64,000 bases of DNA from Candidatus Brevundimonas phytovorans (GTDB lineage: Bacteria; Pseudomonadota; Alphaproteobacteria; Caulobacterales; Caulobacteraceae): assembly GCA_029203145.1 (NCBI GenBank), contig CP119309.1, positions 1,386,472 to 1,450,471 on the forward strand. The letters are read 5' to 3'. The notes under the pieces are model-generated. The model did no database searches and had not been told where the DNA came from. It was given only the letters and a program-made list of their open reading frames with translations. Shown piece after piece: positions 36,633 through 47,665 of this stretch. Both the position numbers and the translations under genes were made by a program. Numbering within the stretch: the stretch's first letter is position 1; each line of letters begins with the position of its first letter.

Positions 36633-38036
36633 ATGCGCGTCTTTCTGGCATCTATCCCCCTGGAACGGACGAAAGTCGTCGTCGTCGGCGCCGGCGAACC
36701 GGCCCTGGCGAAGCTGCGACTGTTCCTGAGCAGCCCGGCTGAGCTGGTCTGGTTCACCCCTGACGGCGCGCCCGCTGCGCTGGAAACGCCGCAGGGCGCT
36801 CCGACGCCGGCGACGCGTATTCCCGACGCAGCCGACCTGACCGGCGCCCGGCTGGTCTTCATCGCCCTTCATGATCTCACCCTCGCCCGCGACATCGCCG
36901 AGGCCGCCCGCAAGGCCGGGGCCCAGGCCAACATCGTCGATCAACCCGCCTCCAGCGACTTCCACACCCCGGCCCTGATCGACCGCGATGACGTGGTCGT
37001 GGGCGTGGCCACTGGCGGGAACGCCCCTATCCTTGCCCGCGATCTGCGCTCCCGGATCGAAGCCGTCTTGCCGCAGGGCGTGGCCTCGGTCGCCAAGCTG
37101 GCGGGCGAACTGCGCGGCGCGGTGAAGGAATCCATCCCCGACTTCCTCGCGCGCCGCCGCTTCTGGGAAAAGGCCTTCCGCAGTCCCGCCGCCGACCTCG
37201 CCGCCGACGGCCGCATGGCCGAGGCCCGCCGCGAGATGGTCCGCCTGTTGAACGTCGCCGCCTCGCCGCATGATGAGGCCGCCCAGGGCATGGTCCACAT
37301 CGTCGGCGCCGGGCCGGGCGATCCCGAACTTCTGACCCTCAAGGCCCTGCGCGCGCTGCAAGACGCCGACGTCATCATCCACGACAAGCTGGTCTCGACC
37401 GAGGTGCTGGACCGCGCTCGTCGCGACGCCAAACGCATCTATGTCGGCAAGTCGCGCGGCGACCATTCGGTGCCGCAGGATCAGATCGAACAACTGATGA
37501 TCGACGAGGCCCGCGCCGGCCACCGCGTCGTTCGCCTGAAGGGCGGCGATCCCTTCGTCTTCGGACGCGGGGGCGAAGAACTGGAGGCGGTCCGCGCCGC
37601 CGGGATCGAGGCCATCGTCGTGCCGGGCATCACCGCCGCCCTCGCCTGCGCCGCCTCCACCGGCCTGCCCCTGACCCATCGCGACCACGCCCAGGCCGTC
37701 ACCTTCGTGACCGGCCAGCCCAAGCCGGGCGGTCAGGGCGCGGACTGGACCCGTCTGGCGGCGCCGAACCACACCCTCGCCGTCTACATGGGATCCGGTC
37801 AGGCCGAGGGCATCGCCTCCAGCCTGATCGCCGCCGGTCGCGACGGCGCCACCCCCGTCGCCGTGGTCGAGAACGGCAGCCGCCCTGAACAGCGCACGTT
37901 CAAGGGTCGCCTCGACGGCCTCGCCGCCCTGGTCGCCCGCATGGATCTGACCGGCCCGGCCCTGCTGTTCATCGGCGAGACCGCCGCCCTGGCCGTCGCC
38001 AGTGAAGAGCGCGCCTTGATCGAGGTCGCCGCATGA
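36633..38036 (+). CDS. cysG: Siroheme synthase
   Basis: VVVGAG dehydrogenase part, VGAGPGDPELLT, RLKGGDPFVFGRGGEE. Confidence 0.95.
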   Translation: MRVFLASIPLERTKVVVVGAGEPALAKLRLFLSSPAELVWFTPDGAPAALETPQGAPTPATRIPDAADLTGARLVFIALHDLTLARDIAEAARKAGAQANIVDQPASSDFHTPALIDRDDVVVGVATGGNAPILARDLRSRIEAVLPQGVASVAKLAGELRGAVKESIPDFLARRRFWEKAFRSPAADLAADGRMAEARREMVRLLNVAASPHDEAAQGMVHIVGAGPGDPELLTLKALRALQDADVIIHDKLVSTEVLDRARRDAKRIYVGKSRGDHSVPQDQIEQLMIDEARAGHRVVRLKGGDPFVFGRGGEELEAVRAAGIEAIVVPGITAALACAASTGLPLTHRDHAQAVTFVTGQPKPGGQGADWTRLAAPNHTLAVYMGSGQAEGIASSLIAAGRDGATPVAVVENGSRPEQRTFKGRLDGLAALVARMDLTGPALLFIGETAALAVASEERALIEVAA

Positions 38037-38320
38037 AACTGCTGACCGCCAACCGCCTCAATGACGGGCGCGTCATCTATCTGGGCGAGGCCGACGCAGC
38101 CGTCGAGACCATCGCCGCCGCCCGTCCGCTGGACGCCGAGGCCGCCGAAACCGCCCTGGCCCTGGCCCAGTCGCGCCCGGCCGTCTTCGTCAATCCCTAC
38201 CTGATCGAGGTCGAGGACCGCACCCCCACCGGCCGCGACCGGCTGAAGGAGCGCATCCGCTCGGCTGGCCCCACGGTCGGCCACAGCCTCGGCTTCGTCG
38301 TCCGAAACGAGACCGCCTGA
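38033..38320 (+). CDS. DUF2849 family protein
   Basis: LTANRLNDGRVIYL...RERIRSAGPTV-like pattern; usual position before cysI. Confidence 0.85.
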   Translation: MKLLTANRLNDGRVIYLGEADAAVETIAAARPLDAEAAETALALAQSRPAVFVNPYLIEVEDRTPTGRDRLKERIRSAGPTVGHSLGFVVRNETA

Positions 38321-39987
38321 TGTACCGCTATGACGAGTTCGACGCCGCCCTGGTCCGCGAGCGCATCGCGGAGTTCAGCGATCAGGTCGAACGCCGCAGC
38401 AGCGGCGCGCTGACCGAGGACGAGTTCAAGCCTCTGCGGCTGATGAACGGCGTCTATCTGCAACTGCACGCCTATATGGCGCGGATCGCGGTCCCCTATG
38501 GCGTGATGAACAGCCGTCAGATGCGCCAACTGGCCCATGTCGCCCGCACCTATGACAAGGGCTACGGCCACTTCACCACCCGCACCAATATCCAGTTCAA
38601 TTGGCCCGCGCTGCAGGACCTGCCGGCCATCCTCAGCGATTTGGCCGAGGTCGAGATGCACGCCATCCAGACCTCCGGCAACTGCATCCGCAACGTCACG
38701 ACCGACGTCTTCGCCGGCGTCGCCGCCGACGAGATCGAAGACCCACGCCCGTGGTGCGAGATCATCCGTCAGTGGTCGACGATCCACCCGGAATTCTCCT
38801 TCCTGCCGCGCAAGTTCAAGATCGCCATTGTCGGCGCGCCCAAGGACCGGGCAGCAATCCGCACCCACGACGTGGGGCTTCAGATCGTGCGCGGCGAGGA
38901 CGGTCAGACGGCGTTTCGCGTCTTCGTCGGCGGCGGTCAGGGGCGCCTGCCTCACATCGCGCAAGAGATCGCCTCGGCGGTGCCGGGGCAGTCCTTGCTG
39001 GCCTATCTGACCGCCATCCTGCGCGCCTACAACCTGCTGGGGCGGCGCGACAACATCCACAAGGCGCGCATCAAGATCCTGGTCGCCGCCATCGGCATCG
39101 ACGCCTTCCGCGACGAGGTCGAGCGCCAGTTCGCCATCCTGCGCCTCGAAGACCTGCACATTCCCGACGAAGAACTGGCGCGCATACAGACCTATTTCAC
39201 CCCGCCGCCGTTCGAGGCCCTGCCCGCCGTCAGCCCCGCCTATGACGGCGCCCGGCGCCTGAACCCCGAGTTCGCGCGCTTCACCCGCTCAAACCTGCGA
39301 TCGCACAAGCAGGCCGGCTATGGCGCCATCATCATCTCGCTGAAGCCCATTGATGGCGTGCCGGGCGACATCACAGCGGATCAGATGGAGGTCGTCGCCG
39401 ACCTGGCCGAACGCTATTCCTTCGACGAAGTCCGCGCCTCCTACGAACAGAACTTGGTCCTGCCGCACGTCCGGCTGGAGGACGCCCACGCTGTATGGAG
39501 CCGCCTGCGCGAGGCCGGTCTGGCCACGGCCAACGCCGACCTGGCCACCGACATCATCGCCTGCCCCGGCCTGGACTATTGCAGCCTGGCCAACGCCCGC
39601 TCCATCCCGGTGGCGCAGGCCCTGTCGCGCCAGCTGGCCGACGCGGCCTTGCAGGAAAAACTCGGGCCGGTGCGCATCAACATCAGCGGCTGCATCAACG
39701 CCTGCGGCCACCACCACGTCGGCCACATCGGCGTCCTCGGCGTCGATCGGAAGGGCGAGGAATATTATCAGATCACCGTCGGCGGCTCGCCCGACGAGCA
39801 GGCGGCTCTGGGCGAGATTGTCGGACGCAGCCTGCCCGCCGACGAGGTCGCCCCCGCCATCGCCCGCGCCCTGGACCGCTATCTGGAGATCCGCACCGAC
39901 GGCGAGCTGTTCATCGACACGGTCCGCCGCCTCGGCGCCGATCCCTTCCGCACCGCCATCTATGAGCCGATCTATGCAACTGCTTGA
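38320..39987 (+). CDS. cysI: Sulfite reductase hemoprotein
   Basis: HFTTRTNIQ, TSGNCIRN, ACPGLDYC, ISGCINACG. Confidence 0.94.
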   Translation: MYRYDEFDAALVRERIAEFSDQVERRSSGALTEDEFKPLRLMNGVYLQLHAYMARIAVPYGVMNSRQMRQLAHVARTYDKGYGHFTTRTNIQFNWPALQDLPAILSDLAEVEMHAIQTSGNCIRNVTTDVFAGVAADEIEDPRPWCEIIRQWSTIHPEFSFLPRKFKIAIVGAPKDRAAIRTHDVGLQIVRGEDGQTAFRVFVGGGQGRLPHIAQEIASAVPGQSLLAYLTAILRAYNLLGRRDNIHKARIKILVAAIGIDAFRDEVERQFAILRLEDLHIPDEELARIQTYFTPPPFEALPAVSPAYDGARRLNPEFARFTRSNLRSHKQAGYGAIIISLKPIDGVPGDITADQMEVVADLAERYSFDEVRASYEQNLVLPHVRLEDAHAVWSRLREAGLATANADLATDIIACPGLDYCSLANARSIPVAQALSRQLADAALQEKLGPVRINISGCINACGHHHVGHIGVLGVDRKGEEYYQITVGGSPDEQAALGEIVGRSLPADEVAPAIARALDRYLEIRTDGELFIDTVRRLGADPFRTAIYEPIYATA

Positions 39988-41050
39988 GCAAGCCCAGGAC
40001 GGCGTCCGCCTGAGTGTTTCCACGCCAGAGCAGGACATCCGCGCGGCGGCCGCCGCCAATGACAGCCTGATCCTGGAGTTCGAGGCCTTTCGTGACGGAC
40101 GCGGCTTTTCGCTGGCCGCCATCCTGCGCGGCCAAGGCTATCAGGGCCGCCTGATCGCGGCGGGCAAGGTCCTGCCCGATCAGGCCAGGCATCTGCGCCG
40201 CAGCGGCTTTGACGCCGTCGAACTGGCGCCGGGCGCCGACCCCACGCCGTGGCGGCGCATGGATCAGGCCTTCAGCGCGGCCTATCAAACCGCTTCCAGC
40301 GACGACCGTCTGGTCTGGCGTCAACGCCACGCCGCGTCCGCCAGCGACGACGCCATCGCCCTGGCCGCGCGCCTGAACGCCCAATGGGGCGACGCTGACT
40401 CGGAAGACCTGCTGCGCGCAGCGCTGGCCCCGGAACTGGGCCGCAAGGCCGCCGCCATCTCTTCCTTCGGCGCCGAGGCGGCGGTGCTCCTGCACCTGAT
40501 CTCTCGCATTCAACCCGACCTGCCGGTGCTCTTCCTCGAGACCGGTCAGCACTTCTTTCAGACCCTGGCCTATCGTCGTGCGCTGACCGACCGCCTCGGC
40601 TTGACCGACGTGCGAGACATCACGCCCGACGCCGCCGCCCTGTCCAAGACGGACCCGAACGGCGACCTGTGGCGCAGCGCCCCAGACGCCTGCTGCGATG
40701 TCCGCAAGGTGCAGCCGCTGGCCCAGGCCCTGGCCGGGTTCGACACCCGCATCACCGGCCGCAAGCGTTTCCAGAACACCCACCGCGCGTCGCTCGCACC
40801 GTTCGAGGCGGCTGACGGGGTGCTGACGGTCAACCCTCTCGCCAGTTGGACCGCCGAGCAGATCGAGGCCTGGCTTCGCGATCACCAACTCCCCCGCCAC
40901 CCTCTGGTCGAGCAGGGCTACCCCTCCATCGGCTGCTGGCCCTGCACCCGCGCCATCAAGACCGGCGAGGACGCCCGCGACGGTCGCTGGGCCGGTCAGG
41001 AGAAAACAGAGTGCGGCATCCACGGACGGACGCTGGCCCCGGCCTGTTGA
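39974..41050 (+). CDS. cysH: DUF934 - adenylylsulfate (APS/PAPS) reductase fusion
   Basis: N-terminal FRDGRGFSLA..LR...G.VLPDQ (DUF934); SSFGAE, CCDVRK, SIGCWPCT, ECGIH; no stop between the parts. Confidence 0.9.
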   Translation: MQLLEQAQDGVRLSVSTPEQDIRAAAAANDSLILEFEAFRDGRGFSLAAILRGQGYQGRLIAAGKVLPDQARHLRRSGFDAVELAPGADPTPWRRMDQAFSAAYQTASSDDRLVWRQRHAASASDDAIALAARLNAQWGDADSEDLLRAALAPELGRKAAAISSFGAEAAVLLHLISRIQPDLPVLFLETGQHFFQTLAYRRALTDRLGLTDVRDITPDAAALSKTDPNGDLWRSAPDACCDVRKVQPLAQALAGFDTRITGRKRFQNTHRASLAPFEAADGVLTVNPLASWTAEQIEAWLRDHQLPRHPLVEQGYPSIGCWPCTRAIKTGEDARDGRWAGQEKTECGIHGRTLAPAC

Positions 41051-41108
41051 CGCTCTCTCTCCGTCCCATCCCCCGCTCCCATTACAAGACCTGAAGCAGA
41101 GACATCCC

Positions 41109-42128
41109 GTGTCCATCGCCAGCATCGTCAACCTCATCGGCGACACGCCGCTCATCCGCCTGAACCGCCTGTCGGACGCCACCGGCTGCGAGATTCTGGG
41201 CAAGGCGGAGTTCCTGAACCCCGGCCAGTCCATCAAGGACCGCGCCGCCCTGTCTATCGTGCAGAAGGCCAAGGCCTCGGGCGCGTTGCGCCCCGGCGGG
41301 GTGATCGTCGAGGGCACAGCGGGCAACACCGGCATCGGTCTGGCCCTGGTCGGCGCGGCTCTGGGCCACCGCGTGGTCATCGTCATGCCGCGCACCCAGT
41401 CGGAAGAGAAGAAGCTGGCCATCCGCGCCTTGGGCGCCCGGCTGATCGAGGTGGACGCCGCCCCCTTCTCCAGCCCCAACCACTTCGTGCATTACTCCGA
41501 AGAAGTGGCGCGAAAGCTGAACCTCAGCGAACCAAACGGCGCCTTCTGGGCCAATCAGTTCGACAACACGGCCAACCGCGCCGCCCACTATGAAGGCACC
41601 GCCGCCGAGATCTGGGAACAGACCCAGGGCAAGGTCGACGCCTTCGTCAGCGCCGTCGGCAGCGGCGGCACCCTGGCCGGCGTCGCCGCCTTCCTGCGCG
41701 AGCGCAATCCGGCGGTGAAGATCGGCCTGGCGGACCCGGCCGGCGCCTCGCTCCACAACTGGTTCACTCAAGGCCAGATGACCGGTGAAGGTAGTTCGAT
41801 CACCGAGGGCATCGGCGTGGCCCGCATCACCGGCAATCTGGAAGGCTTCACGCCCGACTTCTCCTATCGGATCGAAGACGCTGAATTCCTGCCCATTCTG
41901 TTCGATCTCGTGACCCACGAAGGCCTATCGCTGGGCGGATCGTCGGGCGTCAATCTGGCCGGCGCCGTGCGACTGGCCCGCGACCTCGGACCGGGCAAGA
42001 CCATCGTCACCGTCCTGTGCGACCCGGGCACGCGCTACGCCTCTCGCCTGTTCAATCCGGAGTTCCTGCGCAGCAAGGGCCTGCCGACTCCCCATTGGGT
42101 GACTGAAAACGTCAGGGAACTCGCATAA
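41109..42128 (+). CDS. cysK: Cysteine synthase
   Basis: [42 protein letters not shown]. Confidence 0.93.
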   Translation: MSIASIVNLIGDTPLIRLNRLSDATGCEILGKAEFLNPGQSIKDRAALSIVQKAKASGALRPGGVIVEGTAGNTGIGLALVGAALGHRVVIVMPRTQSEEKKLAIRALGARLIEVDAAPFSSPNHFVHYSEEVARKLNLSEPNGAFWANQFDNTANRAAHYEGTAAEIWEQTQGKVDAFVSAVGSGGTLAGVAAFLRERNPAVKIGLADPAGASLHNWFTQGQMTGEGSSITEGIGVARITGNLEGFTPDFSYRIEDAEFLPILFDLVTHEGLSLGGSSGVNLAGAVRLARDLGPGKTIVTVLCDPGTRYASRLFNPEFLRSKGLPTPHWVTENVRELA

Positions 42129-43168
42129 TGACCGGCCTGATCCCCAACCGCCGCGGTCTTCTGATCGGCGCCGCCGCGCTTCCTTTCATCGCCCCGGCCT
42201 TCAGCGGCTGCGCCCAGAGCCAGGGGACGCAGGCCGCCCTGCTCAACGTCTCCTATGATCCGACGCGCGAATTCTACCGCGCCTACAATGAGGCCTTCCT
42301 CGCCCGCTGGCGTGAAAAAGGCGGCGCGCCCTTCGCCGTCGAACAGTCGCACGGCGGATCGGGCAAGCAGGCCCGCGCCGTCATCGATGGCCTGCCCGGC
42401 GACGTGGTCACATTAGCCTTGGCCTCCGACATCGACGAGATCACCGCGCGCGGCCTTATCAAGCCCGACTGGCAGACCCGCCTGCCCGACAACGCCTCGC
42501 CCTACACTTCGACCATCGTGTTTCTGGTGCGCAAAGGAAATCCGAAAGGGATCCACGACTGGCCCGACCTGCTGAAGCCCGGCGTCGAGGTCATCACCCC
42601 CAATCCCAAGACCTCGGGCGGCGCGCGCTGGAACTATCTGGCGGCCTGGGCCGACGCCCTGCGGCGTCCAGGCGGCGCCGAGCAATCGGCTCAGGCGTTC
42701 GTCACCGAACTGTTCCGCCGCGTGCCTGTGCTGGACACCGGCGCGCGCGGATCGACCACCACCTTTGTCCAGCGCGGCATCGGCGACGTCCTGCTGACCT
42801 GGGAGAACGAGGCCTTCCTCGCCGCCAAGGAACTGGGGCCGGACAAGGTCGACATCATCGCCCCGCCCTTCTCCATCCTGGCCGAACCGCCGGTGGCCGT
42901 GGTCGACAGCGTCGTGGACCGCAAGGGCACGCGCGACCGGGCCGAGGCCTATCTCGCCCAGCTCTATGATGAACCCGCCCAGGTTCTGGCCGCCGAGCAC
43001 TTCTATCGCCCGCGTAACCCGGCCGTGGCGGCGCGTTTCGCTGACCGCTTCCCCCACCTGACGCTGGCCGACATCTCCGATTTCGGCGGCTGGACCGCCG
43101 CCCAGAAGCGCCACTTCGCTGACGGCGGCCTGTTCGATCAGATCTATCAGCCCGGCCGACGACCATGA
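42128..43168 (+). CDS. sbp: Sulfate ABC transporter binding protein
   Basis: [39 protein letters not shown]; RR signal peptide. Confidence 0.94.
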   Translation: MTGLIPNRRGLLIGAAALPFIAPAFSGCAQSQGTQAALLNVSYDPTREFYRAYNEAFLARWREKGGAPFAVEQSHGGSGKQARAVIDGLPGDVVTLALASDIDEITARGLIKPDWQTRLPDNASPYTSTIVFLVRKGNPKGIHDWPDLLKPGVEVITPNPKTSGGARWNYLAAWADALRRPGGAEQSAQAFVTELFRRVPVLDTGARGSTTTFVQRGIGDVLLTWENEAFLAAKELGPDKVDIIAPPFSILAEPPVAVVDSVVDRKGTRDRAEAYLAQLYDEPAQVLAAEHFYRPRNPAVAARFADRFPHLTLADISDFGGWTAAQKRHFADGGLFDQIYQPGRRP

Positions 43169-44010
43169 CCCGACAGGCCGGTCGCTCGTTCTGGAAGGCG
43201 CCCAGCGCCCTGCCCGGCTTTTCCCTCTCGCTGGGGGTCACCGTCGCCTACCTGTCCTTCTTCGTGCTGATCCCTCTGACGGCCTTGGCGATCAGGCCCT
43301 GGGAGCATGGACTGGATGGCGTCGTCGCCGCCGTCACTTCACCGCGCGCCCAGGCCGCCCTCAGGCTCAGCTTCGTCGCCGCCGCCATCGCCGCTGCGGT
43401 CAATGCGGTCATGGGCGGCCTGCTGGCCTGGGTGCTGACCCGCTATGAGTTTCCGGGCAAGCGGCTGGCCGACGCCGTCATCGACCTGCCCTTCGCCTTG
43501 CCGACGGCGGTGGCCGGCATCGCCCTGACCGCCCTCTACGCCCAGAACGGGCCGATCGGGGGCCTGCTGGCGCCGCTGGGGATCAAGATCGCCTACACCC
43601 CCGTCGGCGTGGTCGTGGCCATGATCTTCGTCGGCCTGCCCTTCGTCGTCCGCTCCATCCAGCCCGTGCTTCAGGATCTGGATCAGGAGGTCGAGGCCGC
43701 CGCCGAGACCCTAGGCGCCTCGCCGTGGCAGAGCGCCACGCGGGTCATCCTGCCCGCCATCCTGCCCGCCCTGCTGTCCGGCGTCGGTCTGGCCTTCGCG
43801 CGCGGGGTCGGGGAATACGGCTCGGTCATCTTCATCGCCGGCAATATGCCGCTGCGCTCCGAAATCGCCCCTCTGCTCATCGTCACCCAGTTGGAGCAGT
43901 TCGACTACGCCGGCGCGGCGACCATCGGCATGGCCATGCTGATCCTGTCCTTCCTGATCCTGCTCGGCTTCAACGGCCTGCAAGGCCTGATCGCGAGGCA
44001 AGGCGTATGA
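43165..44010 (+). CDS. cysT: Sulfate ABC permease
   Basis: [31 protein letters not shown]. Confidence 0.94.
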   Translation: MTRQAGRSFWKAPSALPGFSLSLGVTVAYLSFFVLIPLTALAIRPWEHGLDGVVAAVTSPRAQAALRLSFVAAAIAAAVNAVMGGLLAWVLTRYEFPGKRLADAVIDLPFALPTAVAGIALTALYAQNGPIGGLLAPLGIKIAYTPVGVVVAMIFVGLPFVVRSIQPVLQDLDQEVEAAAETLGASPWQSATRVILPAILPALLSGVGLAFARGVGEYGSVIFIAGNMPLRSEIAPLLIVTQLEQFDYAGAATIGMAMLILSFLILLGFNGLQGLIARQGV

Positions 44011-44882
44011 CGGTGGAGGTCATGACCGGCGCGCCCCCGGCGACGCCCTCTCGCTATCGCCGCCGCACGGCCAGTCGTCGGCTGCTCATCGGTCTGGCCC
44101 TGCTGTGGCTCACCCTGATCGTGCTGGCGCCTCTGGGCGTCATCCTGGTTGAGGCCCTGAGAAAAGGTCTGGGCGCGGCCATCACCAGCCTGTCCCATCC
44201 CGACGTCTGGTCGGCCGCCCGCCTGACCCTGCTGACCACGGCCATCGCCACGCCGCTGAACGCCGTCTTCGGTCTGGCCGCCGCCTGGTGCGTCACCCGG
44301 TTCGACTTCGTCGGCAAGACCCTGCTGATGGCCCTGATCGACCTGCCCCTGTCGGTGTCGCCGGTCATTTCCGGCCTGGTCTGGGTCCTGCTGTTCGGCG
44401 CCTCGGGCTGGTTCGCGCCCTGGCTCAACGCCACCGGGTTGCAGATCATGTTCACCCCGGTCGCCATCGTCCTGGCCACGATCATCGTCACCCTGCCCTA
44501 TGTGGCGCGCGAGTTGATCCCCCTGATGCAGCAACAGGGGTCGGACGAGGAACTCGCCGCCCTGACGCTGGGCGCGCGTCCCTCCGCCATCTTCTTCTTC
44601 ATCACCCTGCCCAACGTGCGCTGGGCCCTGCTGTACGGCGTCCTGCTGGCCAACGCCCGAGCCATGGGCGAGTTTGGCGCCGTATCAGTCGTGTCCGGCC
44701 ATATTCGCGGCCTGACCAACACCCTGCCGCTGCACGTCGAGATTCTTTACAACGAGTACGACTTCGTCGGCGCCTTCGCGACCGCCGCCCTGCTGGCGGT
44801 TCTGGCGCTTGTGACCCTGGTGCTGAAGTCCTTCCTCGAGCACCGCCACGCCGACGACCTCGCCGCGAGGGGGCGGCGCTGA
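44007..44882 (+). CDS. cysW: Sulfate ABC permease
   Basis: DLPLSVSPV, LPYVARELIP, ARAMGEFGAVSVVSG; start 44007 or 44022. Confidence 0.93.
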   Translation: MTVEVMTGAPPATPSRYRRRTASRRLLIGLALLWLTLIVLAPLGVILVEALRKGLGAAITSLSHPDVWSAARLTLLTTAIATPLNAVFGLAAAWCVTRFDFVGKTLLMALIDLPLSVSPVISGLVWVLLFGASGWFAPWLNATGLQIMFTPVAIVLATIIVTLPYVARELIPLMQQQGSDEELAALTLGARPSAIFFFITLPNVRWALLYGVLLANARAMGEFGAVSVVSGHIRGLTNTLPLHVEILYNEYDFVGAFATAALLAVLALVTLVLKSFLEHRHADDLAARGRR

Positions 44883-44883
44883 C

Positions 44884-45912
44884 ATGACCCTCGACATCCA
44901 GTCCATCACCCGCGCCTATGACGGCTCCCCCGCTCTGGACGACGTCAGCCTGACGGTGCGCGACGGCGAGTTCCTGGCTCTGCTTGGCCCTTCCGGTTCC
45001 GGCAAGACCACCCTGCTGCGGATCATGGCAGGTCTGGACAGCCCCACCGCCGGGCAGGTCCTGTTCAACGGCGAGGACTTCCTGGCCCTCAGCCCGCGCG
45101 AGCGCCGCGTCGGCATGGTGTTCCAGAGCTACGCCCTGTTCCGCCACATGACGGTGGCCGACAACATCGCCTTTGGCCTGAAGGTCCGCCCGCGCGCCAC
45201 CCGCCCCGGCCGCGCCGAGATCGCCGACCGAGTCCGGGACTTGCTGCGGCTGATCCAGCTGGAGGGTTACGGCGCCCGCTACCCCAGTCAGTTGTCCGGC
45301 GGCCAGCGTCAGCGCGTCGCCCTGGCCCGCGCCCTGGCCATCGAACCGCGCCTTCTGCTGCTGGACGAACCCTTCGGCGCCCTCGACGCCCGCGTCCGCC
45401 GCGACCTGCGCCGCTGGCTGCGTCAGGTGCATGAGCAGACCGGCGTCACGACCGTCCTCGTCACCCACGATCAGGAGGAGGCGCTGGAACTGGCCGACCG
45501 CGTCGCCATCCTGAAACAGGGGCGCATCGAACAGGTCGACACGCCGCAAGGCCTCTACGACCGCCCCGCCTCGGCCTTCGTCCACGACTTCCTCGGCGAA
45601 GGGTTGCAGCTTCAGGCCACCGTGGCGCGGGGCGAGGTCGTGTCGAACGACTGGCGCGCGCCGTCCGACGCCCCGACCGGCGACGCCTTCCTCTGCATCC
45701 GGCCCGAAGATCTGGAGGCCGGCGATACGGGCCTGGTCGGCATCGTCATGTCCAGCCTGAGGCGCGGCGACCGCGCCCGCGTGGCGGTGTCCCTGCATGG
45801 CCGCCGCCTGGAGCTGGAACGTCCTGTCGGCGATCCCCTGACGACCCTGGCGCCCGGCGAAGCGGTCCGGCTGCATCCCCGCCGCTTCCATGTTCTGGCG
45901 AAAAGCGCATGA
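44884..45912 (+). CDS. cysA: Sulfate ABC ATP-binding subunit
   Basis: [34 protein letters not shown]. Confidence 0.94.
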   Translation: MTLDIQSITRAYDGSPALDDVSLTVRDGEFLALLGPSGSGKTTLLRIMAGLDSPTAGQVLFNGEDFLALSPRERRVGMVFQSYALFRHMTVADNIAFGLKVRPRATRPGRAEIADRVRDLLRLIQLEGYGARYPSQLSGGQRQRVALARALAIEPRLLLLDEPFGALDARVRRDLRRWLRQVHEQTGVTTVLVTHDQEEALELADRVAILKQGRIEQVDTPQGLYDRPASAFVHDFLGEGLQLQATVARGEVVSNDWRAPSDAPTGDAFLCIRPEDLEAGDTGLVGIVMSSLRRGDRARVAVSLHGRRLELERPVGDPLTTLAPGEAVRLHPRRFHVLAKSA

Positions 45913-47309
45913 GCGGCCCGACGGTCGCGGTCGTCGGTGCGGGGTTCAGCGGCCTGCTGACCACGCTGAACCTGCTGCGCCTGTCGCCCGACCTCTCGGT
46001 GCAGTTGATCGAACGGCGCGGCGTCTTCGGCCTCGGTCCCGCCTATGCGACCGGCAACCCCAAGCACCTGCTCAACGTCCGCCTGTCGAACATGAGCGCC
46101 TTTCCCGACCGGCCGCATCATCTGACTGACTGGATGGCCGAGCAGCCCGCCTGGTTCGCCCGCGACGACTTCATTACGCGCGGCGACTATGGCCGCTATC
46201 TGGCCCATCTACTCGACGACGCCCTGCGCCCCGACCGCGACGGCCAACGCCTGAGCCTGATCCGAGGCGAGGTCAGCGCCATCCGCCCGGACGACGGCCG
46301 CTGGAAGATCATGCTGGACGGCCGCAGCTCGACGTTCGCCGACGCCGTGGTCCTGGCCCAGGGCAACCTCAGTCCAGCCGCACCCCCCGGTCTGGACCCC
46401 GACCTGATCGGCTCCCAACGCTATCTCAGCGATCCGTGGAGCGCCCTGGACGCCCTGCCTGCCGACGCCGACGACATCCTGCTGATCGGGACGGGTCTGA
46501 CCATGGTGGACACCGCCATCGCCCTGCGCCGGCCCGGCCGCCGCTTCACCGCCGCCTCGCGCCACGGTCTGCTGCCGCGCAGTCACGCCTCGACGCCTAT
46601 GCCCTCGCCTCGTCGCCTGTATCTCGGCAGTCCCGCTGCGGTCTTCAGACAGGCTCGGCAGGCGGGCCTGAAAGACGACTGGCGCGTCGTCGTCGACGAC
46701 GTGCGCCATTCCGCCCGTGACCTCTGGGCGGCCTGGTCCCTGCCCGAACGCAGCCGCTTCCTGCGGCATCTCCGGGCCTTATGGGACAATCATCGCCACC
46801 GCCTCGCCCCCGGCGTCGCGCGCGAGGTGACGGCCATGCTGGCGTCCGAGGAACTGCAGGTGACGGCTGCCCGGATCAGCGCCCTTACGTCCGGCGAGAG
46901 CGAGGTCGAGGTGATTCTGCACGGTCGCGGCGATCTGCAGCCCCGCGCCCATCGCTTCGATGCGGTGATCAACTGTAGCGGGCCGAGCGGCGACATCGTT
47001 CACAGCACCGATCCCCTGCTGAAAAACCTGCTGAAACAGGGGCTGGCCGCCCCCGCCGCCTTGGGTCTCGGTCTCGCGGTCGACGCCAAAGGGCGGCTGA
47101 TCGACGGGCGGCTGGCGACCCACAGCCGCCTTTTCGCCATCGGTCCCCTGACCCGCAGCCTGTTCTGGGAAGCCACCGCCGTCCCCGACCTGCGCGAGGA
47201 CGCCGTGAGCATCGCCCGCGCGGTGGTTAAAACCTTGCAACGGAATCAGGAATACAGACCGCCCACGCAGCCCGACGCCCCACACCCGAACCTTGCTGAG
47301 TATCGCTGA
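45909..47309 (+). CDS. FAD/NAD(P)-binding protein (YdhS/COG4529-like)
   Basis: VVGAGFSG, GPAY, LLNV...MSAFP, IGTGLTMVD, NCSG, GPLTR...WEATAVP. Confidence 0.85.
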   Translation: MSGPTVAVVGAGFSGLLTTLNLLRLSPDLSVQLIERRGVFGLGPAYATGNPKHLLNVRLSNMSAFPDRPHHLTDWMAEQPAWFARDDFITRGDYGRYLAHLLDDALRPDRDGQRLSLIRGEVSAIRPDDGRWKIMLDGRSSTFADAVVLAQGNLSPAAPPGLDPDLIGSQRYLSDPWSALDALPADADDILLIGTGLTMVDTAIALRRPGRRFTAASRHGLLPRSHASTPMPSPRRLYLGSPAAVFRQARQAGLKDDWRVVVDDVRHSARDLWAAWSLPERSRFLRHLRALWDNHRHRLAPGVAREVTAMLASEELQVTAARISALTSGESEVEVILHGRGDLQPRAHRFDAVINCSGPSGDIVHSTDPLLKNLLKQGLAAPAALGLGLAVDAKGRLIDGRLATHSRLFAIGPLTRSLFWEATAVPDLREDAVSIARAVVKTLQRNQEYRPPTQPDAPHPNLAEYR

Positions 47310-47312
47310 GAA

Positions 47313-47344
47313 ATAAAAAAGCCGCCCAAGATCATTGAGCGGCT
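47313..47344 (-). terminator. Probable intrinsic terminator for tRNA-Gln
   Basis: A-run followed by AGCCGC-CCAA...TTGA-GCGGCT hairpin. Confidence 0.6.
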
Positions 47345-47379
47345 ACATCTCTGGATGATGTTTACAACCATCGGGTGGT

Positions 47380-47453
47380 TGGCTGGGGAACTAGGACTCG
47401 AACCTAGAATGACGGTACCAAAAACCGTAGTGTTACCATTACACCATTCCCCA
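47380..47453 (-). tRNA. tRNA-Gln (anticodon TTG)
   Basis: TGGGGAA/TTCCCCA acceptor stem, ACGGT-TT-TTG-GT-ACCGT anticodon arm, GGTTCGAGTCC T-loop, encoded CCA. Confidence 0.97.
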
Positions 47454-47496
47454 GCAGGACCAGTGCGCCCCGCAGTTCGTCGCTGCGAGGAGCGGT

Positions 47497-47525
47497 GAAA
47501 TACGCCAAGCTTTTCGGGGATGCAA
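47497..47525 (-). promoter_or_regulatory. Candidate sigma70 promoter for tRNA-Gln
   Basis: TTGCAT-N17-TATTTC on minus strand. Confidence 0.55.
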
Positions 47526-47586
47526 CACTGAAAACAAAAGAATTTTCATCGAGCAGCGACTTTTTTAAAAGCCGCAAAATCCCCGC

Positions 47587-47615
47587 TTGCGAGGTCCGGA
47601 ACGGGTGGCTATAAG
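47587..47615 (+). promoter_or_regulatory. Candidate sigma70 promoter for tRNA-Pro
   Basis: TTGCGA-N17-TATAAG. Confidence 0.6.
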
Positions 47616-47665
47616 CCCCCTCCTCGACGCAACAACGGCCTCTGGCCCGCGCCGGGAAGAAATGT

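Noticed and set aside
39350-39973. N-terminal extension of the cysH ORF, and similar extensions on btuC, btuF, cbiB, cheW, cysW, cysNC and sufS
   Set aside because: Off-frame read-through inside upstream genes; coupled starts (ATGA, GTGA, TGATG) or RBS positions give better starts.
47380-47453. tRNA-Gln-anchored genomic island or prophage
   Set aside because: No integrase, transposase or phage gene, and no duplicate of the tRNA 3' end was found by eye in the window.
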